From sequence record NC_049850.1: a stretch of DNA of 64,000 nucleotides; one strand, given 5' to 3'. A program made the position numbers and the translations under genes. A model generated the notes under the pieces. The model ran no database searches, was not told the origin of the DNA, and was given only the letters and a program-made list of their open reading frames with translations. The first letter of the stretch is position 1. The number at the start of each line of letters is the position of its first letter. Shown here in pieces: positions 43,951-52,001 of the stretch.

Positions 43951-44277
43951 TTAACTCCAGTTGTCGAGCATCCACGTGATCCACGCGATGCGGGTTTCTC
44001 TTAGTGCCTGCTCCTGCGCACGCTGCTCCGTGTACGACAGATTCCACGGATCGTTCCGGATATGGCCGTGCTTCACGAGCCACGTGTTGAGCGAATGGGA
44101 GCCCTCCAGCAGCGTCGCGATCCGGGCCTTGATGGATTCTGCGGCATGTTTAGCGACTGCCGTACCATCGGCCTTCGCGTACCGGTCGACGGCGACGCAG
44201 ATGTACGTGTACCGCTTGCACGCGATGTCGGCTCGCGCCCATAGCAGCAGGTCGATTTCCTTGCTAGTCAGCTTCAT
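43951..44277 (-). CDS. family F1 member (array gene 1)
   Basis: YICVAV, SLNTWL, TRIAWITWMLDNWS. Confidence 0.85.
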   Translation of the reverse strand: MKLTSKEIDLLLWARADIACKRYTYICVAVDRYAKADGTAVAKHAAESIKARIATLLEGSHSLNTWLVKHGHIRNDPWNLSYTEQRAQEQALRETRIAWITWMLDNWS

Positions 44278-44425
44278 GGCCAGCCACCTCCACGTGAGCC
44301 ACGCATTTCAGGCCCGTAGTGTATTCGATGAATGCCGCGCACTCCCAGTGCTTTTCGGCCGCACGGTCTGCGGCACCTGCGAGCGCCGCGAGAAGCAGAA
44401 TCGCACCCAGAATCATCTGTTTCAT
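44264..44425 (-). CDS. small secreted protein (53 aa, not in ORF track)
   Basis: GGGGAGG SD; MKQMILGAILLLAALAGAA... Confidence 0.7.
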   Translation of the reverse strand: MKQMILGAILLLAALAGAADRAAEKHWECAAFIEYTTGLKCVAHVEVAGHEAD

Positions 44426-44452
44426 GGAAACCTCCCCGATGTCTAAAGCGCT

Positions 44453-44481
44453 ACTTTACACGCCCGGCGACTGCCGCGCAA
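44453..44481 (-). promoter_or_regulatory. sigma70-like promoter driving the first half of the F1 array
   Basis: TTGCGC-N17-TAAAGT followed by AGCGC. Confidence 0.65.
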
Positions 44482-44929
44482 CAGAAATATCATGCTTTTT
44501 GTACGCGGCCTCGCAAACCACGTCCGCGCTCAGCCAGTTGGCAGCGGCCACACGCTTCATCGCCTTCACCCACTCGCGACGGAACGCCACGGAATCGGCA
44601 CCGAACGAGGCCAGCGCGTCGTGCTCGAATTGCATGGAACTGAGCATTTGACGGTGCGGCCGAAGTTGGGCCTGCCATTCGGAGAACGCAGGGTTCTGGC
44701 ATTCGGTCAGGAGAATCGCGTCGATGTGATTGCCCTCCAGTGATCGATCGTACAGGTCGTCCGGGATCGCGTGTCCAACCACGCACTTACAGCCGTTGTC
44801 GCCCCTGTACATGCAACCCCAGCCTCCGTCCATCTTCGTGATGGTGGAAGGGCGGCCCTGCTCCAGAATAGCGAGTGCGAGGTGGTCGAACAGGATTTGT
44901 CGTGCGTCTCGAATGTCGTCGTAGCTCAT
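44456..44929 (-). CDS. conserved phage hypothetical protein
   Basis: CMYRGDNGCKCVVGHAIPDDLY...LEG...QFEHD, a pattern common in phage ORFs. Confidence 0.8.
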   Translation of the reverse strand: MSYDDIRDARQILFDHLALAILEQGRPSTITKMDGGWGCMYRGDNGCKCVVGHAIPDDLYDRSLEGNHIDAILLTECQNPAFSEWQAQLRPHRQMLSSMQFEHDALASFGADSVAFRREWVKAMKRVAAANWLSADVVCEAAYKKHDISVARQSPGV

Positions 44930-45750
44930 CAGAATTCCTCGTCGTCGTTGGGGGTGGGTTTCACACGCGAGAAGAACATCAGTTCCTTCAGGCAGTCCAT
45001 GCGTGTCGCGCACACCCGCGTCGCATGCAGAGGATCACCGTCGTCGCCATCGGGCCATAGCATAGCCACGAATTTGTTGTCGCCTTCAGTGCTGATCGTG
45101 ATCGTTTTGTGGTTCACCGTAAACCACGCGATGATCTGTTCCGGTCCGTACTGGGGAATCTTGCCCTCTTTCTTCACCCGGTTTGCCAGTGCCTCGATGG
45201 CGCGAACGTACGTCGGGCCCATTGCTTCGAGGCCAATAACACCGTCCCAGCGTACGACCACCGCGTCCGGTGCCGAGGTCACGACACGGATACGCTGGCC
45301 CTGAGTATTCAGGAACTGGAGCAGCGTCGCGATGGACATGCTTTCGGTGAAACCCGTAGGCTCCTTGGCAACCTTCATGCCCTTGGCCTTGCGTTGCGAC
45401 ACGCCCTCGTCGGCACTCACGTACACGTTGACGACGCCGTTGCCGACGTAGGTCGCAGTATCACCGAAAACCTTTTGATCGTGGCTCGTGGCCTTGGTCC
45501 GGAGTTCGGGAATCGATTGGAAAGTGCAGTGTTCGAAAGCGCGGCGGCCGTCCGAGAACAGCGCGTGCACCCGCACCACGTGTGGGGTCAGGTATACCGT
45601 CTTGTACTTCTTGTTGCTGAACGTGTGATTCATCGTGGGCCAACGACGGCGCGCGTCCGCCAGAGCATCTGCTTCCGTTTCGTAGTTCAACGCCATATCG
45701 TTCAGCGTATCGTGGTTCATGATCTTCCATTGTTTGGGCAACGCCGCCAT
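44929..45750 (-). CDS. hypothetical protein
   Basis: AAGGAGG SD downstream of a promoter. Confidence 0.8.
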   Translation of the reverse strand: MAALPKQWKIMNHDTLNDMALNYETEADALADARRRWPTMNHTFSNKKYKTVYLTPHVVRVHALFSDGRRAFEHCTFQSIPELRTKATSHDQKVFGDTATYVGNGVVNVYVSADEGVSQRKAKGMKVAKEPTGFTESMSIATLLQFLNTQGQRIRVVTSAPDAVVVRWDGVIGLEAMGPTYVRAIEALANRVKKEGKIPQYGPEQIIAWFTVNHKTITISTEGDNKFVAMLWPDGDDGDPLHATRVCATRMDCLKELMFFSRVKPTPNDDEEF

Positions 45751-45767
45751 GCTCTGCTTCCTCCTTG

Positions 45768-45812
45768 TTAATCGATGGGCCGGATTCTACTGCGCGTTCA
45801 ACGCCGTGTCAA
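45768..45812 (-). promoter_or_regulatory. sigma70-like promoter with ATCGATTAA at the predicted +1
   Basis: TTGACA-N17-TAGAAT-N7-ATCGATTAA. Confidence 0.85.
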
Positions 45813-46135
45813 CGCCGTTCGATGATCATGTACTGGGTGCCGCGCACGTCCGGGTTGGTGCGCAGACGACGCGTCAGCCCCGGCCACCGGTTATCCGCAT
45901 CGTCTTCCGATTCCGTGTGGTACAGGTAGAACCGACGCCACTGATGCTCCGAGGTCTCCATGTCGATCTCCAGCACGTCCACGTAGTCTTCGCCCCGGCT
46001 GGTCTCCGCCAGATCGAGACGCTTCAGAATTTGGTCTTCCGACAGCGGCTGTCCCGACAGCACTTCATCCACGTAATCGTTGTGGGCACCGCTCGGATAA
46101 TACTGATGGTGTGCAAAAATCATGGTCTTCAGCAT
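45809..46135 (-). CDS. hypothetical protein
   Basis: GGAG SD downstream of a promoter. Confidence 0.75.
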   Translation of the reverse strand: MLKTMIFAHHQYYPSGAHNDYVDEVLSGQPLSEDQILKRLDLAETSRGEDYVDVLEIDMETSEHQWRRFYLYHTESEDDADNRWPGLTRRLRTNPDVRGTQYMIIERR

Positions 46136-46154
46136 TTTCTCTCCATAAACAAAA

Positions 46155-46196
46155 ACAGGGGAACCACATTGTATGGTTCCCCTGTCTGGGTGTCAA
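46155..46196 (-). promoter_or_regulatory. sigma70-like promoter with -10 box in the loop of a perfect 12-bp stem
   Basis: TTGACA-N17-TACAAT; ACAGGGGAACCA-loop-TGGTTCCCCTGT. Confidence 0.88.
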
Positions 46197-46516
46197 TAAT
46201 TTAGCCGTTCGTCTTCTTTGGCCCAGCCCGCGAGTACCGCGTCTGCCGCCTCGTCGCAATCTGCTCCGTGCAGTGCGCGCGTCACCGGGACCGCGCCTTC
46301 TTCCGACAGGTACAGGCACGCGAACACCGAACCGCTCTTGATCGGCAGCGGATGGCTGATGGCATCGTAACGTGCGGCGGCCAGTGCATTGTTCTCGATC
46401 TCGGTGCGCAGGTCACGAAAGCGCTGCCGCAACGCGTCGTCTGCGCCCGTATCACGCTTGAGCACGATTTCGATGTAGTTCAACAGTGCCACGTCTTGCT
46501 TGCTCAGCACGGTCAT
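46193..46516 (-). CDS. hypothetical protein
   Basis: AAGGAG SD; MTVLSKQD... Confidence 0.75.
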   Translation of the reverse strand: MTVLSKQDVALLNYIEIVLKRDTGADDALRQRFRDLRTEIENNALAAARYDAISHPLPIKSGSVFACLYLSEEGAVPVTRALHGADCDEAADAVLAGWAKEDERLNY

Positions 46517-46728
46517 GTGTTCTCCTTCATGGGTTGTGGAAGTTCGTCGTAATACTGATGGGCACACAGCCAGTCGTAGATGAGAGGTGCCGCTTTGAGG
46601 TCGTCTGCGTAGAACAGTTCGAGCCATGACCCCTTGATGTAGAGGTTGCAGAACCGCTGTCCCATGCGCAGGCCGTCGTTGAGCCGCTTGTGCTCACTCA
46701 CAAACTGCATGTGTGCCGCGTTGATCAC
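46513..46728 (-). CDS. hypothetical protein
   Basis: AGGAG SD, GTG start; RMGQRFCN...ELFY pattern. Confidence 0.7.
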   Translation of the reverse strand: MINAAHMQFVSEHKRLNDGLRMGQRFCNLYIKGSWLELFYADDLKAAPLIYDWLCAHQYYDELPQPMKENT

Positions 46729-46737
46729 GATGATCTC

Positions 46738-46926
46738 CTATTTGATGACCAGATGGAAGAGGAAGTACAGGACACACGGAATCCCGATACCGACAATGAT
46801 ACCGGTGGCCGTCGCATTGTCCTCTGCATCATGGAACACGCCACGCACCTTCATGAACGTGAGCATCAGGATCATGACGGCGCAGCACGCTGCTACCAAG
46901 AACAGAATGGTATCGTCTGCGCTCAT
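46738..46926 (-). CDS. small membrane protein (2 TM)
   Basis: MSADDTILFLVAACC... Confidence 0.7.
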   Translation of the reverse strand: MSADDTILFLVAACCAVMILMLTFMKVRGVFHDAEDNATATGIIVGIGIPCVLYFLFHLVIK

Positions 46927-46928
46927 GA

Positions 46929-47264
46929 TCAGCCTCGCGCCCGGATGTAGGCCATAGCCTTGTCGAACGCCTCTTCGAACTCGCGCTCCGTACTCGCGTA
47001 CTCGCCGCTGCCCCAGAAGTAGTCGAGGCCGCCCTCGTGCTCGATGCTCAGGCACGTGGGTTTGACCGATACCGAATACTGTGCGTAGTCGCCCACGCCG
47101 TAGGTGAAACGCACCTCGACTGTGCGGTCTGCGTCGACGCGCTGGTAGATGCGATGGACAACGGCACCGTCACCTTCGTCCTCGTCGTCGCGCCGGAAGA
47201 TCGGGACCTCGATGTTGACGTGGGCCGTGCGTCGCTGGGTGTAGTGCAGAACGTGTTCCATCAT
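46929..47264 (-). CDS. hypothetical protein
   Basis: AAGGAGG SD. Confidence 0.75.
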   Translation of the reverse strand: MMEHVLHYTQRRTAHVNIEVPIFRRDDEDEGDGAVVHRIYQRVDADRTVEVRFTYGVGDYAQYSVSVKPTCLSIEHEGGLDYFWGSGEYASTEREFEEAFDKAMAYIRARG

Positions 47265-47506
47265 TCCTCCTTGAACGTTACATCGTCTCCGCGATCATAG
47301 GCTTCCGCCAGATCAGCGGCCTGCTCGCGCATTTGCTGAGCCAGATTCGAATGATACGCGGATGAACTCGGCATGTCAAATGCATCTGCCTCGACGGCCC
47401 ACGAATCGTGCAGGTCAGCCAGCGCCCGCAGCGCCTGCGGTGACTGCGAGAGCATGCGCGACTCCTGCTCCCCGATCTTGAACGTTCGGAATACGCGATC
47501 AGCCAT
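47261..47506 (-). CDS. hypothetical protein
   Basis: MADRVFRTF... Confidence 0.7.
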   Translation of the reverse strand: MADRVFRTFKIGEQESRMLSQSPQALRALADLHDSWAVEADAFDMPSSSAYHSNLAQQMREQAADLAEAYDRGDDVTFKEE

Positions 47507-47516
47507 TTTGAAGTCC

Positions 47517-47744
47517 TTAAGAATGAGGAATCGGGCCGCGATCCGACTCCATCGCGTAGATGTAGGTGGCACCCCAGCCGAGCGCAGACCATCCGGTCAG
47601 CAGGTTGAGCACGGCGATGCCAAACACACGGTGGTGTTCACGGCTGATCGCAACGTACGTGGGCACGAAGTACATGAATATGAGGATCGCGCCCCCGATG
47701 ATCGACCACGCGTCGCCCCAGTTGAGGGTCAGGGTAATCAGCAT
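47517..47744 (-). CDS. imm: superinfection immunity protein (T4 Imm family)
   Basis: YFVPTYVAISREH...IAVLNLLTGWSALGW. Confidence 0.8.
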   Translation of the reverse strand: MLITLTLNWGDAWSIIGGAILIFMYFVPTYVAISREHHRVFGIAVLNLLTGWSALGWGATYIYAMESDRGPIPHS

Positions 47745-47938
47745 CACGCCTTCCGTTGGTTCGTGAACGCCCACACGAGAGCGCCGCCCCAGCCGATCAG
47801 CGACCAGCCGAATACGATGTTCAGGGCCGCGATAGCCGTTACCTGCGGGTGTGCGCGGCGGACTGCCACGATGGTCGGGGCCATGTACAGAACCACGGCC
47901 ATGACCACGACGCAGATTGTTACGATGAAGCCAAACAT
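47744..47938 (-). CDS. imm: superinfection immunity protein (T4 Imm family)
   Basis: YMAPTIVAVRRAHPQVTAIAALNIVFGWSLIGWGGALVWA. Confidence 0.88.
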   Translation of the reverse strand: MFGFIVTICVVVMAVVLYMAPTIVAVRRAHPQVTAIAALNIVFGWSLIGWGGALVWAFTNQRKA

Positions 47939-47947
47939 TTTCTCTCC

Positions 47948-48265
47948 TTACGCGGTTTTGAGAAGTTTTTCACGGATACGTTGAGCGAACGCGTGTTGGA
48001 TCACCTGTGCCTTGCTCATTTCGAGGCTGGTATCCCCGATTTCCGCGTCCATCAGACGAAGGATACGGAGAATGACACGGTGCTCCAGTTCACGTGTGGT
48101 CGCGATGTCGGGCTGGACCTCGGCCACGCTTAGCAGCCACTGGGCGAACGCGTACACCTCGTCATCGTCGGCCACGATCTTGAACTGGGAATACGCCATG
48201 TTCGAAAGCAGGTTAGCCGTATCGTAGCTGTCGACGCCCCGGATTTTCACCTCATTCGTCAGCAT
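47948..48265 (-). CDS. hypothetical protein
   Basis: MLTNEVKIRG... Confidence 0.7.
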   Translation of the reverse strand: MLTNEVKIRGVDSYDTANLLSNMAYSQFKIVADDDEVYAFAQWLLSVAEVQPDIATTRELEHRVILRILRLMDAEIGDTSLEMSKAQVIQHAFAQRIREKLLKTA

Positions 48266-48563
48266 CGGCAATCCTGAAAACGAATTCGGTCTTGACACTG
48301 GGACGCAGGATCACGTCCGCTGCGTACACGATGTCGCCTACATGTCCTTCACGCAGGTACTGCACGCTGTCAATCAGCTTGATCGCGGCCACGATTTCGC
48401 GGTCTCCGGATTCGCCCTCCGAAAACAGGGCCGCCGAGCCCAAATATGTAGTCCAGTACGGACTGCCGTGATCGGTGGCGTACGCGAAATACAAGAGGCG
48501 GCCGTTTTGCTGCTGACACACGAGCATGCGTTTCAGCGGCGGTTGCTTGAATTCAATTGGCAC
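48252..48563 (-). CDS. hypothetical protein
   Basis: Coupled ORF. Confidence 0.7.
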   Translation of the reverse strand: MPIEFKQPPLKRMLVCQQQNGRLLYFAYATDHGSPYWTTYLGSAALFSEGESGDREIVAAIKLIDSVQYLREGHVGDIVYAADVILRPSVKTEFVFRIADADE

Positions 48564-49092
48564 CGGAGCCCCCGCACACTTTGTTGATGAGGTCCCAGTA
48601 CAGATCGATCATGAGTTCCGCGATCTCGTAGACCCGGTGGAAGCCCATGAAATCCTCCAGATCGACTGCGAACAGGGATTCGAGGTGCTTCTTCACCATC
48701 TGGTACGCTTCGTCCGTGTAGCCGAGATCGGTGTACAGATCGTCGGAAAGGCCGATGTAGAACGTCTCGGCCCGCTTGTTCGGACAGTTGTAGCACAGGA
48801 CACCGCGAACCACGGTCTTCACGAATTCCGCGACTTCCACACGGTTGGCCACATTCGGATACTCCACGTCATAGAACGGGAACACGGTCATGTAGTACTT
48901 GCCGTTTTCCAGAACCGTGAACTTGGGGTTGGGCGTCACGATAACGCCTTGATCCTTGACCGGCTCCTTGTTGGGGCCGACGCCTAGCGCCGCACCCCAC
49001 GCAGCCTGAAGGTCGGCAGGCAGGATGTAGCCACGCACTTGCAGCACTTCTCGGTGGTAGCGTTCCCACCACTGTTCGAAATTTTCAGCCAC
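48553..49092 (-). CDS. hypothetical protein with N-terminal FEQWW...AAW module
   Basis: GGGAG SD, GTG start. Confidence 0.75.
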   Translation of the reverse strand: MAENFEQWWERYHREVLQVRGYILPADLQAAWGAALGVGPNKEPVKDQGVIVTPNPKFTVLENGKYYMTVFPFYDVEYPNVANRVEVAEFVKTVVRGVLCYNCPNKRAETFYIGLSDDLYTDLGYTDEAYQMVKKHLESLFAVDLEDFMGFHRVYEIAELMIDLYWDLINKVCGGSGAN

Positions 49093-49258
49093 CGTTCGTT
49101 CTCCCGAAAAGCTTGTCCATAGATTTGTCGAAACTGATGTCGACGAGCAGGAAACAGGCGGCCATTGCCATAAAGTAGGCCCCCTTATCGAACCTCTCGA
49201 ACGCTACCGCGTCGACAGCGCCCACGAGCATAACAATGCCCGCCACCAATTTAAACAT
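49085..49258 (-). CDS. small membrane protein (57 aa, not in ORF track)
   Basis: GGAGG SD; MFKLVAGIVMLVGAVDA... Confidence 0.6.
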   Translation of the reverse strand: MFKLVAGIVMLVGAVDAVAFERFDKGAYFMAMAACFLLVDISFDKSMDKLFGRTNGG

Positions 49259-49988
49259 TCCCACCCTCCAGTTCGCCCTGAGCCAGAACCCGGATCATGG
49301 GGTTCGTGAAAGCCACGTTGAAACTGTCGATGCGTTCGGCACTCACGTCGGCAAGCAGCGTGAATGCTTGCGTTCCGAACTCACGCTGAAAATGCCACAC
49401 GGGAACGCGCACGTCGGTCTGCCCCAAGCAGTACGCTACATACGGCGCAATCTGGTTCAGCGTTGCTTGATCGGGAACCACGATCACGACAGCCGGATTG
49501 TCGGCGTTAAGTGCATCGTACATCACGTTGTCGATCCACTCGAACAGACGCCCCGGGATGATGTGGTCCCGGTCGTGCGTGCCCACGAACGCGGTTTCGT
49601 GATACACGTCGCAGTCGCTGTAAATCAGCGTATGCTTCTCGTCGCTGGGTGCGTCGAACGCCACCGGCTGCTGGATCGACCATCCGTTGCGCTCCGCATC
49701 GAACGAGACGCGGATGCCTCGCGACATGCGCACGCTTTCCTGATCGATCTCGACGACGCGGACACGCTGACCCTGATCTGGTGGCTGAACGTCCGGATAC
49801 GTGAGCGTGACGTACAGAGTGCCCCGCTCGTTGTCGTGCACGTCGTAGTTTCGCTCACAGTAGTCCGAACGGAAGGCCAGCGGCGCGTCCATGAGCGTAC
49901 GGATACGACGACGCACGGTCGCGGCGCTACTACAGTCCAGCATGCGGGAGATTTCCTCCAGTTCGCTACGCAAATCCCTGTGGCTCAT
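49251..49988 (-). CDS. hypothetical protein
   Basis: 245-aa ORF with phage codon use. Confidence 0.8.
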   Translation of the reverse strand: MSHRDLRSELEEISRMLDCSSAATVRRRIRTLMDAPLAFRSDYCERNYDVHDNERGTLYVTLTYPDVQPPDQGQRVRVVEIDQESVRMSRGIRVSFDAERNGWSIQQPVAFDAPSDEKHTLIYSDCDVYHETAFVGTHDRDHIIPGRLFEWIDNVMYDALNADNPAVVIVVPDQATLNQIAPYVAYCLGQTDVRVPVWHFQREFGTQAFTLLADVSAERIDSFNVAFTNPMIRVLAQGELEGGNV

Positions 49989-49989
49989 C

Positions 49990-50547
49990 TTATACCCCCG
50001 TCATACGAACGACAGCGTACGGATTGGGTTTGACGTGGAAATCACCGAACGATTCAGCCACGTTCCAGTCGCGTCGACCAGTCGGGCTGATAACCGTGGT
50101 CACGGCCACCAGATCGCGCGTGTTCAGCTTGCCCGTCGCCCGGTCACGCCCGTAGTGAAGGCGGTACTCGTGGTCGTACAGGATTCCGGCGTCGATACGT
50201 TTGATGTAGGCTTCACGTGCAGCCGCAGTCTGGAACGTTCGGTGCATGTTGTACTGGTCCTCGCGCAGATCGCGATTCGGACGCACGATGTTGCGGTCGT
50301 CGACGTACAGGCGGTTCGCGTGTCCGAGCATGTGATCCCAGCGCTTGACGTACTTGTACGTACCATCGAACGCGGTCTTGAATTCCACGGCGCCCACGAC
50401 CCAGAACCCTGTATCACGGTCTTGGTACGGGCGGCTCGTCAGCAGCGCCTCGAACTTGCTGAACTGCGTGCCACGCTGTGCCGAACGAAACACGTCGACG
50501 CAGAACAGCGTGTGACCGGCGCGCAAATCTTTGAACTTTTTCATCAC
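49990..50547 (-). CDS. hypothetical protein
   Basis: AAGGAG SD downstream of a promoter. Confidence 0.8.
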   Translation of the reverse strand: MMKKFKDLRAGHTLFCVDVFRSAQRGTQFSKFEALLTSRPYQDRDTGFWVVGAVEFKTAFDGTYKYVKRWDHMLGHANRLYVDDRNIVRPNRDLREDQYNMHRTFQTAAAREAYIKRIDAGILYDHEYRLHYGRDRATGKLNTRDLVAVTTVISPTGRRDWNVAESFGDFHVKPNPYAVVRMTGV

Positions 50548-50572
50548 TTTTCTCCTTTAGTCTAGACGCGCT

Positions 50573-50601
50573 ACTTTATCCTGAACCTATGTCCGCGTCA
50601 A
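50573..50601 (-). promoter_or_regulatory. sigma70-like promoter
   Basis: TTGACG-N17-TAAAGT followed by AGCGC, as at 44453. Confidence 0.8.
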
Positions 50602-51428
50602 CGAAGTTCGTTGGTGCCCACGATTGCCTTGAACCAGTCCGGCATTTTCTCGAACCGCTCACGGTTGATACGCCAGATGTAATCGTGATCCCCTGCGGCC
50701 TCGGCCTTGGCGTAGGCCACGCCGTTCCAGTCGTAACTGGAAACGCAGATCGGGAGCCACGGGCGGCGCATCTTCGGCCACACCGCGTAGAACTTGCCGC
50801 CTTCGCTCAGGACCTTGACGGTGGACAAGACGCCTTCACGGCCGTCCCAGTGACCGGACCAGAAGAGGTCGGGCACCACCTCGTCGAATTCGCGATCCTT
50901 ACTGCGCCAGTCCGGGTCCTGTTCCGATTCCCAGCCACCGGATGACAGGGCGCGACGCGTGGCCCACCCGCTGTCGGCGCGCACGTCGTCAGTCGACTTC
51001 CAGCACGCGTACCATTGAGCCGAGTTCACGTGCTCGACGAATTCGGGGAACCCTTTCTCGGTGCTCGTGTACGAATACGAATCGCAATGCAGGATGATCC
51101 CCAGTTCCGGGTGCGCGAGGATCGCAAACTTCTCGCTGCGCGGGTTGTTCGGCTCATACTTCGAGGTGTAGACGAACGTTTCATGGTGCGCGATGCGGAA
51201 GCCCGCGTCTTGCAGCGTCGCCAAATACATCGTGAACGACATGCGGCCGTGCACGTCGCCCATGCGCTCCAGTGCTGCGGTCACGCGCTGTCCGTGGAGC
51301 GCGGAGTTGGCCAGCACCATCACGCTTTGGTCGTCGGTGAAGCCGCTCCAGTGACTGTCAAACACCGTTTCCGCGTGCGCGATAACGTCGTGATCCTTCA
51401 GCTTCAGGTATTGCTGTTCCGGCGTCAT
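50598..51428 (-). CDS. hypothetical protein
   Basis: AAGGAG SD; MTPEQQYLKL... Confidence 0.8.
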   Translation of the reverse strand: MTPEQQYLKLKDHDVIAHAETVFDSHWSGFTDDQSVMVLANSALHGQRVTAALERMGDVHGRMSFTMYLATLQDAGFRIAHHETFVYTSKYEPNNPRSEKFAILAHPELGIILHCDSYSYTSTEKGFPEFVEHVNSAQWYACWKSTDDVRADSGWATRRALSSGGWESEQDPDWRSKDREFDEVVPDLFWSGHWDGREGVLSTVKVLSEGGKFYAVWPKMRRPWLPICVSSYDWNGVAYAKAEAAGDHDYIWRINRERFEKMPDWFKAIVGTNELR

Positions 51429-51495
51429 TTGCTTCTCCTTCAAAAGTGGAATAGCTGCATTCTACATTGCACCGACCTGCCAAAGCAACTACTTT

Positions 51496-51672
51496 TTATT
51501 CAAAGTCGTCTACATCAATGTCGTGGCCGAATCGGTCGCGCTCGCGAGCCTCTTGATAGCCGTTCTTCCACTCGTACCAGTTTTGCGTTTCCTTCTCATA
51601 TCTGTTGAGGCGGCGTCCAGCGTCACCGTACTTCAAATACGCGTTAAAACCTTCCTGCTCAACCGTGTTCAT
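51496..51672 (-). CDS. RMF/CrpP-fold-like small protein
   Basis: EQEGFNAYLKYG...LNRY...WYEWKNGYQEA. Confidence 0.65.
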   Translation of the reverse strand: MNTVEQEGFNAYLKYGDAGRRLNRYEKETQNWYEWKNGYQEARERDRFGHDIDVDDFE

Positions 51673-52001
51673 CAATCTCCCTTCCCGAATTCCTTGTTTA
51701 CCATATGGGCCCACAGGTCAGCCTCTATCTTGGACCTGAATGTCAGCATCCCATTTTCACCGCTGGGCCACCAGTCGCGTGTATACGCGTCGTTCTTGAA
51801 CACGGTCAGGCGCTCTACACACCACACCTTCGCGTTCAGTGGATGCGGTGCCGGGCACCACGGCCCGCGCATCAGCACCTCGTGCTCCACATCCTGCGTG
51901 GACCCGAAATCTACCAGCCCATTTTTCCACACGCAAGTACCGCACCCACCGTTCTTGGCACGATACTCACATGTTTTATCCTCTATGCAAAACTGAGCCA
52001 T
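51672..52001 (-). CDS. Cys-rich hypothetical protein
   Basis: FC...CEY...GCGTC...WCP; TAATG overlap. Confidence 0.7.
   Translation of the reverse strand: MAQFCIEDKTCEYRAKNGGCGTCVWKNGLVDFGSTQDVEHEVLMRGPWCPAPHPLNAKVWCVERLTVFKNDAYTRDWWPSGENGMLTFRSKIEADLWAHMVNKEFGKGD

Noticed and set aside
39355-44277. Recurring CCAGTTCTCCAGCAT-like DNA every 300-400 bp, superficially a CRISPR or repeat array
   Set aside because: The repeats are the coding 3' ends of paralogous genes, the intervening DNA is open reading frame, and no cas genes are present.
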